This document shows positions 10,412 to 20,367 of a stretch of 64,000 bases of DNA, one piece after another (positions within the stretch are counted from its first letter, which is position 1; each line of letters begins with the position of its first letter). Under the pieces are notes generated by a model, which was not told the DNA's origin, did no database searches, and saw only the letters and a list, made by a program, of their open reading frames with translations. The position numbers were made by a program, and so were the translations under genes. This stretch comes from an uncultured delta proteobacterium (GTDB lineage: Bacteria > Desulfobacterota > Binatia > UBA9968): the NCBI GenBank assembly GCA_963727625.1, contig CAVSHR010000002.1:320001-384000 (forward strand). The letters are read 5' to 3'.

Positions 10412-12151
10412 TTGACTGAAATGCTGACTGCTTCGCGTAAACGCTGGGTTATCAAAGAAGCCGACCCGCAAACCGTCGCCCGCCAAGGCCAACAACTCAA
10501 TATATCGCCTTTGTTGGCGCGCCTGCTGGTTTTGCGCGGTTTTGCCGACGCAGCATCGGCGCGCCGTTATTTGTCGTCGAGCCTACGCAGCGACCTGCCG
10601 TCACCGTTCGAAATGGCCGACATGGAGCCGGCGGTGCGGCGCATCGTTGCGGCGGTCAAGAGCAAAGAACAGATTGGTGTCTGGGGCGATTACGACGTCG
10701 ACGGCACCACCGGCGCTTCAATCCTGGTGTCGTTTCTTCGCGAGGTCGGCAGTGAACCGATCTATTACGTGCCGCACCGCATCGAAGAAGGCTACGGCTT
10801 GAATGTGGAAGGCTTGCGCCGGCTGAAACAACGCGGCTGCGATTTGGTCGTCACCGTCGACTGCGGCATCTCCAATGCGGCGGAAGTCAAGGCCGCCGCC
10901 GAGATGGGCCTCGAAGTGATCGTCGTTGATCATCATCAACCCCCCGAGGAGTTGCCGCCAGCCCTTGCGGTGATCAATCCGCACCGCAAGGACTGTTCCT
11001 TTCCCGATAATGAACTTTGCGCCGCGGGCCTGGCCTTCTATCTCGTGATCGGGCTGCGCGCCAGGCTGCGCGAAGCGGGCTGGTTTGAAAGCTCGACGGA
11101 TCCCGACATCCGGCGGTATCTCGATATTGTGGCACTTGGAACCATTGCCGATATGGTGCCGCTCAGAGGGGTCAATCGCACGCTGATTCGGCGCGGCTTG
11201 GTCGAATTGGGCACCTCGACGCGGCCCGGCGTGGTAGCGCTCAAACAGGTGTCGAGCATTGCCGCCGGCGAAGTGAGTGCGGGCCAGGTGGGCTTTCGCC
11301 TCGGCCCCAGGATTAATGCCGCAGGACGGGTCGACTACGGAATCAAAGTCGTCGAGCTGCTCACCACCGACTCGCCCGAAGTTGCGTTGCGCATCGCCCG
11401 AGAGTTGGACGAGCACAACAGCGAGCGACGCACAATCGAGGCGGGCGTGCTCGAGCAAGCGCTGGCGCAGGCGCAGGCCGTCATGGCGCGCGGCGATCAC
11501 CGTTCACTTGTGCTCTCTGGGGAAGGATGGCATCCGGGCGTGCTCGGCATCGTCGCCTCGCGCATCGTCGAAAAATTTTATCGCCCCACCGTGGTGATCG
11601 GTTTCGCCGGCGGCACCGGCAAGGGCTCGGCGCGCAGCATTCGCGGCTTTCACATGGTCGAGGGTTTTCGTCGCTGCGCGCCGCATCTGGAAAAGTTTGG
11701 CGGCCATGAATATGCCGGCGGCTTGTCTATCAAGCTTGAGCGGCTCGAAGCTTTCACTAACGCATTCGAAGCCGTGGCGCGCCAAACGCTTGCCGACGAG
11801 GATCGGTTGCCGTTGCTCGAAGCGGACGCGTCACTGGTCTTTTCCGAAATTGGTTTACCGCTGGCGCGCGAGCTTGAAGTTCTCGAGCCGTACGGCATCG
11901 GCAATCCAGAGCCACTTTTCATTACCGCTGGGGTCGAGGTGTGCGGGCGAAAAATGTTCTCCGCTGGCGTCCGTTACCGCTTGCGTCAGGGAGGCCGGGT
12001 ACTAGGCGCGGTTATTTTCGGCGCCGGCGATGATTTCCCGGGTAAACCGGGCGAGACCATCGATGTAGCCTATCGCTTGAGCGAGAATGAGTGGAACGGC
12101 ACGACGAGCATGGAGTTGAAAATCGTCGATGTCCGGCCGGCGTCAGTTTAA
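10412..12151 (+). CDS. recJ: Single-stranded DNA-specific exonuclease
   Basis: GDYDVDG, TVDCG, DHH, PRINAAGR, GSARS and GGH motifs. Start may be ATG 10421. Confidence 0.96.
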   Translation: MTEMLTASRKRWVIKEADPQTVARQGQQLNISPLLARLLVLRGFADAASARRYLSSSLRSDLPSPFEMADMEPAVRRIVAAVKSKEQIGVWGDYDVDGTTGASILVSFLREVGSEPIYYVPHRIEEGYGLNVEGLRRLKQRGCDLVVTVDCGISNAAEVKAAAEMGLEVIVVDHHQPPEELPPALAVINPHRKDCSFPDNELCAAGLAFYLVIGLRARLREAGWFESSTDPDIRRYLDIVALGTIADMVPLRGVNRTLIRRGLVELGTSTRPGVVALKQVSSIAAGEVSAGQVGFRLGPRINAAGRVDYGIKVVELLTTDSPEVALRIARELDEHNSERRTIEAGVLEQALAQAQAVMARGDHRSLVLSGEGWHPGVLGIVASRIVEKFYRPTVVIGFAGGTGKGSARSIRGFHMVEGFRRCAPHLEKFGGHEYAGGLSIKLERLEAFTNAFEAVARQTLADEDRLPLLEADASLVFSEIGLPLARELEVLEPYGIGNPEPLFITAGVEVCGRKMFSAGVRYRLRQGGRVLGAVIFGAGDDFPGKPGETIDVAYRLSENEWNGTTSMELKIVDVRPASV

Positions 12152-12326
12152 CCCCAACTCGGTTTACGCTTTTCTCAAAGCGGTTGCCGAAGGGGTCGTG
12201 TTGTCACGCAAAGTTGCAGCGGTCGCAAAAAAGCCATCGCCAAGCATGCCAAAATCGACGACGGGCCGGACATCGGCCCCACCTATGAAGCTTTTGCACC
12301 CTACCCAAGTTTGGACGTTGATAGGG

Positions 12327-14165
12327 TCAATTGACGATCATCAGGTGACAGGTTCTCGGTAACCGCTTCATCAATCCCTTGACGACATGGCCGCGCAACA
12401 TGTGGTAGAAAGCCGAACGGCGCGAGGCGCCGATGATGACCGCATCGACGTCGAGCGCTTTGGCGGCGTTGGCAATAGCTTCGGCCGCGTTATGCGAAAC
12501 GGCCCAGATTGGAATCACTTCAATGTTCTTTTCGCGCACTCCGTGGAGGGCCGCGCGCAGAGTCCGCACGCCTTCCTCATTGGGAGCGTGCGGCGTGTCG
12601 CCGCTGAATAGTCCCGGCCACTCTTCGACGTAGACGCAATAAAGCGCCGCCTCGCCGCGTCCTTTGGCGCGGGTGATGCCCTCTTGGATAAGTCGCGGCG
12701 ACTCATCGCGCAGGGCTAACAGCGTCGACGAAGAATAGAGCGGTTTAACCTCGACGGCTTCCGCCAGGGTCATCAAGCCTTTGAGCTCATCTTCAACCAG
12801 GTCTTCAGAGGCTCGATAGGCGCGCGCCTGGAGGCGTTGAATGAAGGGGATGCGGACGAGCCAGTCGACGAACCAAGCGCGCCGCACCCCGACGGCGATC
12901 AACATGCCAATGGCGGTGACCGCTCCGCCAAAGTAGGTGGCCAGATGCTTCTCGACCAGATTGACGCCCCAGGCGACCATGACCATGAGCGTGGTAAACA
13001 CACCGAGCCAAAAGCCGGCGTCGCGTCGCCCGAGCTGCCAGCGAATAGTATCCAAGCTCAACGAGGAGAACACAAAGGCGCCCAGCAGGCCAAAGGCGTA
13101 CATGTCGCCGAGCACTTTCATCTCGCCTCCGCTCGAGATGATCACCAATATCGGAATCACCGTGGCAATGCCGACCGCGATATGCGGCGTATTGAATGGG
13201 ACATTGCGTACAGCGACGATCTTCGGCAAGAATCCGCCTTTCACCAAGGCGAGAAAGACATGATAGGAGCCGATGATGGCTGTGTTCGATGCGAACAAGA
13301 GCAAACTCGATGCGGTCAGAACCACGGCCAGTTTAATCCCAAAACCGCCGAGGATCATCCCCAACTCGGAGATAAACCGCTCGCTTTGAGTGGCTTTGAG
13401 TTGCTCGGGCAACAAGCCGATCGATAGCGCGGTCAACACCGGCGAGGTGACAACCATCGTGACGATCACCGCGACCATTGCCCACCGCGTCGTGCGGCGC
13501 AGCGGAAAACGCATGCTCGGGCTGAGCTGGCTGATGCTCTCCAAGCCGGAAAAAGCCAGCCAAGCGGAAGCGAAGCCAACGAGCAACTCGTAGTTGGAGA
13601 TTTCGTGGCCTGTGCCCAATTTGCTGATTACCGTGCTCCATTGAGCGCCGTCCATCGTGATCAATGCGATGCCGATAACGCACAGATTGACCAGAAACGA
13701 TGCGCAAGCCATGACCAGCGCCACGGTCGCGCTTTCGCGGATGCCGATCACGTTGAGCGCGGCGAGCACGCCTACGCCGATACATGAGAGCACCACGATG
13801 TGGTGATCGAGCGTGGTGAAGATGCTGCCGACATACTGAAATCCGGCGACCGCGGAAATCGCGGTGGTGAGAAAGTAGTCCACCGTGATGAGCATGCCGC
13901 CGAGGCAACCCCACATGGGGCCGAAGGCTTTGGTGGTGATCGTTACGACGCCGCCGCCCTCGGGATTGCGCCAGGAAATTTCGATGTATTTGAGCGATAA
14001 TAAGATAAAACCGCCGGTGGTGAGCAAGACGAAAAACGGCGTAGCGTCTTTGACATGGCCGTAGAGAATGCCCGGCACGTAGTACACGGACGTTCCGATA
14101 TCGCAAAAGACCACGGCCCACGCCAGGAACCAATTGAGCTGTCTTGTATCGCGGGTCGGTTGCAT
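12327..14165 (-). CDS. APC-superfamily (Kup/KimA-like) permease with C-terminal universal stress protein domain, copy 2
   Basis: About 12 TM segments, CDIGTSVYY in TM1, AFSGLESISQ, C-terminal USP (IIGASRRS..LRGHVVKGL). Confidence 0.85.
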   Translation of the reverse strand: MQPTRDTRQLNWFLAWAVVFCDIGTSVYYVPGILYGHVKDATPFFVLLTTGGFILLSLKYIEISWRNPEGGGVVTITTKAFGPMWGCLGGMLITVDYFLTTAISAVAGFQYVGSIFTTLDHHIVVLSCIGVGVLAALNVIGIRESATVALVMACASFLVNLCVIGIALITMDGAQWSTVISKLGTGHEISNYELLVGFASAWLAFSGLESISQLSPSMRFPLRRTTRWAMVAVIVTMVVTSPVLTALSIGLLPEQLKATQSERFISELGMILGGFGIKLAVVLTASSLLLFASNTAIIGSYHVFLALVKGGFLPKIVAVRNVPFNTPHIAVGIATVIPILVIISSGGEMKVLGDMYAFGLLGAFVFSSLSLDTIRWQLGRRDAGFWLGVFTTLMVMVAWGVNLVEKHLATYFGGAVTAIGMLIAVGVRRAWFVDWLVRIPFIQRLQARAYRASEDLVEDELKGLMTLAEAVEVKPLYSSSTLLALRDESPRLIQEGITRAKGRGEAALYCVYVEEWPGLFSGDTPHAPNEEGVRTLRAALHGVREKNIEVIPIWAVSHNAAEAIANAAKALDVDAVIIGASRRSAFYHMLRGHVVKGLMKRLPRTCHLMIVN

Positions 14166-14260
14166 CGAGGTGTTAGGAGGCAGTCAATATAGATATGAAA
14201 GCAGTCGGTTTCAATCTCGCAACTAGAGCCAAAGGTGCGGGTCGTGGTGGCAAGGCCGTT

Positions 14261-16099
14261 CTAATTGAAAATCATCAAATGACAATCGTGCGGCAGTTTC
14301 TTGGTCAGTCCTTTAATCACATGGCCTCGCAGCATGTGATAGAAGGCTGAGCGCCGCGACTGGCCAATGAGAACACCGTCGACATCGAGTGCTTTGGCCG
14401 CGTTGGCGATGGCCTCGCCGGCGTTGTGCGATACCGTCCAGATGGGTATGACTTCAATGTTTTTGTCCCGCACCTGCTGCAAAGCATGGCGTAACGTGCG
14501 AATGCCTTCTTCGTTGGGGCGGTGCGGCGTATTGCCATTGAACAGACCGGGCCATTCTTCGACATAAATGCAATAAAGCGTCGACTCGCCTCTGCCCCGA
14601 GCAAGGTTGATTCCGTGTTGAATCAGCGCGACATTTTCACCGCGAAGGGCCAAAAGCGAGGAGGCCGGATAAAGCGCTTTCAGCTCTACCGCGTCGGCGA
14701 GAGTTACCAGACCTTTCAGTTCTTCGTCTACCAACGCTTCGGAGGCGAGATAAGCGCGGGCTTGCAGGCGCTGAACGGCGGGGATTTGATGCAGAATGTC
14801 GACAAACCAAGACCGGCGCACGCCGATGGCGATGATCATTCCTATAATGGTCAAAGTCCCGCCAAAGATTGTGGCCAGCTCTTTGTAGACGAGATTCACG
14901 CTCCATGCCAATAAAACCATGCCGGTTGTGAGAACGCCGATCCAGAAAACAACGTCGCGCCGTCCCAGCCGCCAGCGAATCATGTCCAAGCTGAGCGATG
15001 AGAATACGAACGCGCCGAGCAGCCCGAAGGCATACATTTCTCCCAACAAGGCGATCTCTCCTTGAGTGGCGACGATGACCGCGAGGGGAACCAAGGTCGC
15101 GATAAAAATCGCGATGTGCGGACTGTTGAACCGGGTGCTCCGTAGCCCGATCACTCGGGGCAGAAAATTGCTGTTGGCAAGGGCTAGGAAGATATGGTAC
15201 GCGCCGATGATTGCAGTATTCGCCGCAAACAGAAGTAGGCAGGAAGCGCTGATCACCACTGCGAGTTTCAGGTTAAAGCCGCCAGAGAGCGACGCAATCT
15301 CCGAGATGAAGCGTTCGCTTTGGCTGGTTTTAAAATCGGGCGTCAGCAGATTAATCGACAAAAGGCTCAGCACCGGCGAAGTAAGGAGCATCGTGCCGAT
15401 GACGGCAAACATGGCCCATCTTGTGGTCTTCCGTAGCGGCAGGCGCATGGTCGGGCTCAACTGGCTGATGCTTTCCAGCCCCGAGAACGCCAGCCACGCG
15501 GCGGCGAAACCGACCAACAAGTCTGTGAAGGACATGTCGCGGCCCGGGGACAAGTTTGCCAAAGCGAGACTCCATTGCGTCGGAGAAAAACTAGCCAGCG
15601 AAACGATGATGACCACGAGATCTACGCCGAAGGCCACCAGCGCCATTAAGAGAGCCGCCGCGGCGCTTTCCCGGATTCCAATCACATTCAATACCGCGAG
15701 GGCGACGAGACCGGCGCAGGCCAAAAGAACAATGTGGTTTTCGAGAAAGTGGAGCACGCTGGCGATGTAGTGAAAACCGGACACGGTCGAGATCGCTGCA
15801 GTCAAGAAATAGCTTGTGGTGATGAGCATGCCGCCGAGGCAACCCCACATGGGGCCGAAGGCTTTGGTGGTGATCGTAACGACGCCGCCACCCTCGGGAT
15901 TGCGCCAGGTGATCTCGATGTATTTATGTGCCAGAGGAATAAAACCCAGGGACGTCAGCAAGATGAAAAAAGGCGTTTTGTCGGCGACGCTGCCGTACAA
16001 AATCCCCGGAACGTAATACACCGACGTGCCGATGTCACAAAAGACTACTGCCCAGGCCAGCAACCAAGTTAGTTGGCGGGTGTCTTTCGTAGGTTCCAT
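14261..16099 (-). CDS. APC-superfamily (Kup/KimA-like) permease with C-terminal USP domain, copy 1
   Basis: Full-length paralog of 12327..14165 with the same 612-aa length and motifs. Confidence 0.85.
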   Translation of the reverse strand: MEPTKDTRQLTWLLAWAVVFCDIGTSVYYVPGILYGSVADKTPFFILLTSLGFIPLAHKYIEITWRNPEGGGVVTITTKAFGPMWGCLGGMLITTSYFLTAAISTVSGFHYIASVLHFLENHIVLLACAGLVALAVLNVIGIRESAAAALLMALVAFGVDLVVIIVSLASFSPTQWSLALANLSPGRDMSFTDLLVGFAAAWLAFSGLESISQLSPTMRLPLRKTTRWAMFAVIGTMLLTSPVLSLLSINLLTPDFKTSQSERFISEIASLSGGFNLKLAVVISASCLLLFAANTAIIGAYHIFLALANSNFLPRVIGLRSTRFNSPHIAIFIATLVPLAVIVATQGEIALLGEMYAFGLLGAFVFSSLSLDMIRWRLGRRDVVFWIGVLTTGMVLLAWSVNLVYKELATIFGGTLTIIGMIIAIGVRRSWFVDILHQIPAVQRLQARAYLASEALVDEELKGLVTLADAVELKALYPASSLLALRGENVALIQHGINLARGRGESTLYCIYVEEWPGLFNGNTPHRPNEEGIRTLRHALQQVRDKNIEVIPIWTVSHNAGEAIANAAKALDVDGVLIGQSRRSAFYHMLRGHVIKGLTKKLPHDCHLMIFN

Positions 16100-16193
16100 G
16101 AATGCGGCGCGGGCGCGAAAATTCGATGCTTTTAAAGGGCTCTTGCATTGATAGCGTCGTTCGACTTATCATGCAACCGAAGATTGAGCCCCT

Positions 16194-17348
16194 ATGGCCC
16201 TGCCCGTACAATACTTCCAAAAACTCGTCGAGAGTTGCCCGGACATTATCATTTCCGTCGATACGCACGGAACCATCATTTTTTACAACGATGGGGCACG
16301 CCAAAACCTCGGATTCAGTTACGAAGAGGTTTTGGGAAAAAATGTCCTGGAAATCTATCCGAATCTCGACGAAGCGCGCCGGGTGATGGCCGCCATGCGC
16401 GCCGATGACGCCGCGGGTAGAGGCCATGTGCGTAATTTCGAAACGGTTTTCAAAACGAAAAAGGGCGAAGAAATACCGGTCGCCATTTCCGCGTCGATCA
16501 CCTATGACGAGCAGGGACGGGAAATCGGCTCCATCGGCTTCGCTAAGGATCTGCGCGAGCTCAGACGGCGCGATCAACTCGCTACCCTTGGTGAAATTGC
16601 CGTTGGTCTGTCCCACGAAATCAACAATTCGCTGGAGATCTTGGTTAATCAAACTGAGATGCTGCGTAAGTACTTGGGGCGAAAGGCCAGCGACGAGGAT
16701 TATTTGGTCGAATCGGAGCGGTTGGATTCGCTGGCATCGCAGATCAAGAAAATTCAAGATATCACGGGCCGCATCGGCCAGATGGTCGATGAAGGGGAGT
16801 ACGGTACAAAGGAATATTTGAAAGGCACAAGGATGACAGATTTGCACGTCGAGGAGGCGGCAAAACCCTGCCACAGATCGATGCCCGATGCGCGTTTTCC
16901 GTTGAACGGCTTGCGGGTGCTGATCGTCGATGACGACGCTGGAGTGTGCCAATCTCTCAAAGACCTGCTCGAGGCCGAGCGCTGCTGCATCGAGACCGCG
17001 TCTTCCGGCGTTATCGCGATGAAATGTTTGGAACGCGAACAATTTGAACTTGTCCTGAGCGACGTGGTCATGCCGGACATGGACGGCTATGAACTTTATC
17101 AAACCGTCAAAATGAAAAATCCTAAACTGCCGGTGGTGCTGATGACCGCGTTCAATTACGACAAGGATCATATCATCAAGCGCAGCTGCCTGGAGGGCTT
17201 GCAGGGTGTGATATTCAAAAAGCCGGTTAACCCGGCGATGCTTAAAAAAATCCTCTTACAGCAATGTCGCCCCGAGCAAGCCGACCCCGTTTCCGTGCCG
17301 CACGCGCCGCCCGCAAATATTGCTGCCGTTAGTTTAAAAACTGACTAG
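16194..17348 (+). CDS. PAS-HisKA-REC signalling protein lacking an ATPase domain
   Basis: N-terminal PAS (IIFYNDGA..LGFS.EEVLGK), H-box SHEINNSL, REC (LIVDDD, SDVVMPDMDG, KP). No N/G1/G2 boxes. Confidence 0.85.
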   Translation: MALPVQYFQKLVESCPDIIISVDTHGTIIFYNDGARQNLGFSYEEVLGKNVLEIYPNLDEARRVMAAMRADDAAGRGHVRNFETVFKTKKGEEIPVAISASITYDEQGREIGSIGFAKDLRELRRRDQLATLGEIAVGLSHEINNSLEILVNQTEMLRKYLGRKASDEDYLVESERLDSLASQIKKIQDITGRIGQMVDEGEYGTKEYLKGTRMTDLHVEEAAKPCHRSMPDARFPLNGLRVLIVDDDAGVCQSLKDLLEAERCCIETASSGVIAMKCLEREQFELVLSDVVMPDMDGYELYQTVKMKNPKLPVVLMTAFNYDKDHIIKRSCLEGLQGVIFKKPVNPAMLKKILLQQCRPEQADPVSVPHAPPANIAAVSLKTD

Positions 17349-17355
17349 CCATATT

Positions 17356-17703
17356 GTGAACAAAGAAGATTCTTACAATCAAGGGATGGAATGCTTCGCC
17401 CAGGACAAGTTGGACGAGGCGGTGGCCGCCTACCTGCAGGCGCTCGATGAGGATCCGAACTACGCCGACGCGCTGCACGCGTTGGCGATGACCTACGCCC
17501 ACCAGGAAAAGCTCGACCAAGCGATTGAAATCGGCAAACGGCTCATTGAAATTTCTCCGGACGACGAATTGGCCTATACCAGCCTGTCGATCTTCTACCA
17601 GCAAAAAGGCATGATCGCCGAGGCCGAACAAATCGCCGCTAAGGCGAGAACCCTCGGCTGGAAGCGCGAGCTGAACCAGAAGAAAGATCCCGACAAAGGT
17701 TAG
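17356..17703 (+). CDS. Tetratricopeptide repeat protein
   Basis: TPR-like helices (AYLQALDEDPNYADALHALA; PDDELAYTSLS). Confidence 0.85.
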   Translation: MNKEDSYNQGMECFAQDKLDEAVAAYLQALDEDPNYADALHALAMTYAHQEKLDQAIEIGKRLIEISPDDELAYTSLSIFYQQKGMIAEAEQIAAKARTLGWKRELNQKKDPDKG

Positions 17704-17940
17704 CGGACAGGTTCGAGACCTGTCGGCAAGCCTATCCAAATCAAAACCCGGCGCCGTCGCAAGCCGAAGATCGTCGCGCTCGCCTTCCGCTTGCTTTGTT
17801 TTGATCAAGCGGCATGTATTGCTCGGTTTTTTGCGACATTTCCCGGGGTCCTTGCAGTTTGGTTTTGGCTTGGATAATGAGTAGGAGGAGTGGCGCTTTG
17901 GGCGACCAAGAGTCCCTGGCGGCGCCGCGGAGAGAAAAGC

Positions 17941-18492
17941 ATGAATCTCGCGATGGGCCCGCTCGAAGACCTGGTCAAATTAATTGCCGATGAATCACGC
18001 GTTGACGCCAAAATTCGCGACACACAGGCAGCCCTGACGCTGGTCAAGAAGCGAGTTTCCGAGTCTCTCGCGCAGCACTATATTTCGACGCGTGAGCTGA
18101 GAATTCAACTGCCGGAGGATCTTATGAGGGAAGAACAATCTTACGAACGTTTGTTGCAGGCCCTGCAGGATATGAAGAATGAGATCGCCAAGCAGATACG
18201 GCCTGTCGAAGAGCAGATCATTCAAGCCAACGTCGAACACCTGCGCCAAACTTTCGCGCAAGAGAGCCGCCGCCTTTCGAAATGTCTGGAGGAAATCGAC
18301 GATAATATCCTCGCCTGCCGGCAGTATTTGCAAGATTACGAGCGCGTACGTTCGAGCCTTAATGGGTTGAACGATAAGCTGATCCAGTTGGGTGCCGAGT
18401 CTGTGCCCATACCCGACGGCCTACCGACCGCCGACTTGGGCGAAATCATCCGCCAGCGCATAGATCATCTGCGATCCCTGGGCAAGGTATAG
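17941..18492 (+). CDS. Hypothetical coiled-coil protein
   Basis: Heptad-like, E/Q/L-rich ORF. ATG 17941 follows GGAG; the alternative GTG at 17890 is too close to its SD. Confidence 0.75.
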   Translation: MNLAMGPLEDLVKLIADESRVDAKIRDTQAALTLVKKRVSESLAQHYISTRELRIQLPEDLMREEQSYERLLQALQDMKNEIAKQIRPVEEQIIQANVEHLRQTFAQESRRLSKCLEEIDDNILACRQYLQDYERVRSSLNGLNDKLIQLGAESVPIPDGLPTADLGEIIRQRIDHLRSLGKV

Positions 18493-18617
18493 CCAACAGT
18501 TAGGAATTCACTCAAACGGCTGGCTGCAGCGTCGCATCCTTGCCCGAGGAGCCCGAGCCCGAGCCCGGCCCGGCCGTATCCAGCTTGAATGGCGTCGGAA
18601 GAACCAACGCGCCGCAT

Positions 18618-19847
18618 TCACGTCTCCCATCCCGGTTTAGCGTCGCGCAAGCGCGAGCCATAAAGCACGACGTAAGCGACCAAGGTCACGGTTAGAAAAC
18701 CGCAGATGGCCACGGTCCACGGGGCGCCGATGGCCGTGGCGACCAGGCCGAACGGAAAACTGCCCATCGGTCCGAGGCCGCGGTTGATCAGGCCGAAAAG
18801 CGACATGATCCGGCCGCGATTGGATTCGTCGGCGTGCAGTTGCAACATCGTAGCAGTGGCCGAAAGAAACGTGGTCTGAAATCCGCCGGCAATGAACAGA
18901 AATACGAGCGAGAGCGGAAAGTGGCGCGATGCGGCGAAGAGTGCGATAGCCAAACCGAAACCGGCGGCTAGTGAGAAGAGCAAATGATGCGGCTTGGGGA
19001 AGCGGCGCACGGAGGCGAGGGTGAGCCCGCCCAAAATGGCCCCGGCGCCTGGCGCCATCAACAACAGCCCTAGACCGGGCGCGCCGACGTGGAGAATGTC
19101 GCGCGCGAAGACAGGCATGAACTGCGTGTAAGGCTTGGTGCAGAAAGTCACGATGCCGAGAACGGTCAGGAGCGCGAGAAATAGCGGCGTTTGCCATGCA
19201 AGTTGCAACCCTTCGACCATGTCTTGTGTGATTCCCTTCGAGTTCGCCGGCCGCTTCGCTTTGGGTATCTTGATCAGGAAGATCGTGATCAAGACAATGA
19301 AATTGCCGGCTGTGGCGACGAAAAAGCAGCCTTGGGTGTCGATCACCGGGATCAGCAGGCCGCCAATGGATGGACCGAACAGCATGGAGCCGTTGAAGAC
19401 CATCTGGTAGAGCGTCACGGCGTTGGGCAGATCCGATTGCGGCACGAGGTGGTGCAAAATCGACTGGCGCACCGGCTGTTCAAAGGATACGAAAAAACCG
19501 GTCATCGCGGAAAGCGTGAGCAGGTGCCATACTCGAATGGCGCCGAGATAGGTCATCACGCCGACAAACAGCGCCATGAGCAGAAACGCGACTTGGGTGA
19601 TGACGAAGATGGTTTTGCGATCGGCGCGATCGACCACCGCGCCGCCGAGAGCGGAAAAAAGCACGCGCGGCAGACCGAGACACAAGCCCTCGAGTCCCAA
19701 GTAAAACGGCGAGTCGGTGAGCTGAAAAATCAACCAGCTTTGGGCCGTGGTTTGCACCAACGTCCCGGTGTGGCCAAGCAGGAGCCCAATCCAATAAATT
19801 AAATAATCGCGGTGGCGAAAAGCGCGGAAGGTGTTGGCGAGTACCAT
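18618..19847 (-). CDS. MFS transporter (MFS_3/EntS-like)
   Basis: About 12 TM segments, GGAVVDRADRK motif A, RGRIMS in the second half. Confidence 0.9.
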   Translation of the reverse strand: MVLANTFRAFRHRDYLIYWIGLLLGHTGTLVQTTAQSWLIFQLTDSPFYLGLEGLCLGLPRVLFSALGGAVVDRADRKTIFVITQVAFLLMALFVGVMTYLGAIRVWHLLTLSAMTGFFVSFEQPVRQSILHHLVPQSDLPNAVTLYQMVFNGSMLFGPSIGGLLIPVIDTQGCFFVATAGNFIVLITIFLIKIPKAKRPANSKGITQDMVEGLQLAWQTPLFLALLTVLGIVTFCTKPYTQFMPVFARDILHVGAPGLGLLLMAPGAGAILGGLTLASVRRFPKPHHLLFSLAAGFGLAIALFAASRHFPLSLVFLFIAGGFQTTFLSATATMLQLHADESNRGRIMSLFGLINRGLGPMGSFPFGLVATAIGAPWTVAICGFLTVTLVAYVVLYGSRLRDAKPGWET

Positions 19848-20188
19848 GATGGACGAGTCGCGGTGTAGACCGATAGATCGCAGGCACTCCGACGAATGGC
19901 TCTACGGCCGAATCCCCGCCTTTCTGGACAGGCTCTGATGGGTCGGACCGTCGATCTCTTCACCGGACGGCAGCCCGGCGGCGATACGAAAAGTTTTAAT
20001 CACAGCGCGCGTTAACGGTTGTTCTCTGCCGACAAATTTCATGGCAAGCCTCGTGGGATGAATTCGCGTCGTGACCGCCGCAGATTTTCTCAACCCTTAG
20101 CACAATTTAAAACAAATCGTGGCGTAACCGGGCGAGATTCTTCAAAGCGAGGCTGGAAAAGTTCTCGTGGAGTTTAGTTCGAGTTCAA

Positions 20189-20263
20189 TGGTGGTCCCAA
20201 CGGGAATCGAACCCGTGTTCCCGACGTGAGAGGCCGGTGTCCTAACCGCTAGACGATGGGACC
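20189..20263 (-). tRNA. tRNA-Glu(CTC)
   Basis: GGTCCCATCGTCTAGCGGTTAGGACACCGGCCTCTCACGTCGGGAACACGGGTTCGATTCCCGTTGGGACCACCA folds as a cloverleaf with anticodon CTC and encoded CCA. Confidence 0.97.
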
Positions 20264-20264
20264 T

Positions 20265-20340
20265 TGGCTGAGGAGGTAGGACTCGAACCTACAATCGCCT
20301 GATCCAGAGTCAGGTGGCTTACCAATTAGCCGACTCCTCA
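20265..20340 (-). tRNA. tRNA-Gln(CTG)
   Basis: TGAGGAGTCGGCTAATTGGTAAGCCACCTGACTCTGGATCAGGCGATTGTAGGTTCGAGTCCTACCTCCTCAGCCA, anticodon CTG, encoded CCA. Confidence 0.97.
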
Positions 20341-20367
20341 AAGTGGCGAGTGATAAAATTAGAAGAA

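Noticed and set aside
16035-17171. Long antisense ORFs (also 39896..41101, 37063..37959, 49950..50846, 54852..55697)
   Set aside because: Shadow frames of well-supported genes in GC-rich DNA.
18549-18576. GAGCCC/GGCCC microsatellite
   Set aside because: Only about three units, in a convergent spacer. No evidence of function.
19902-20042. 46-aa ORF after the tRNAs
   Set aside because: Has a weak GAGG SD but no recognisable features. Unsupported.
20189-20340. tRNA-anchored genomic island
   Set aside because: No duplicated tRNA 3' end or integrase seen in the window.
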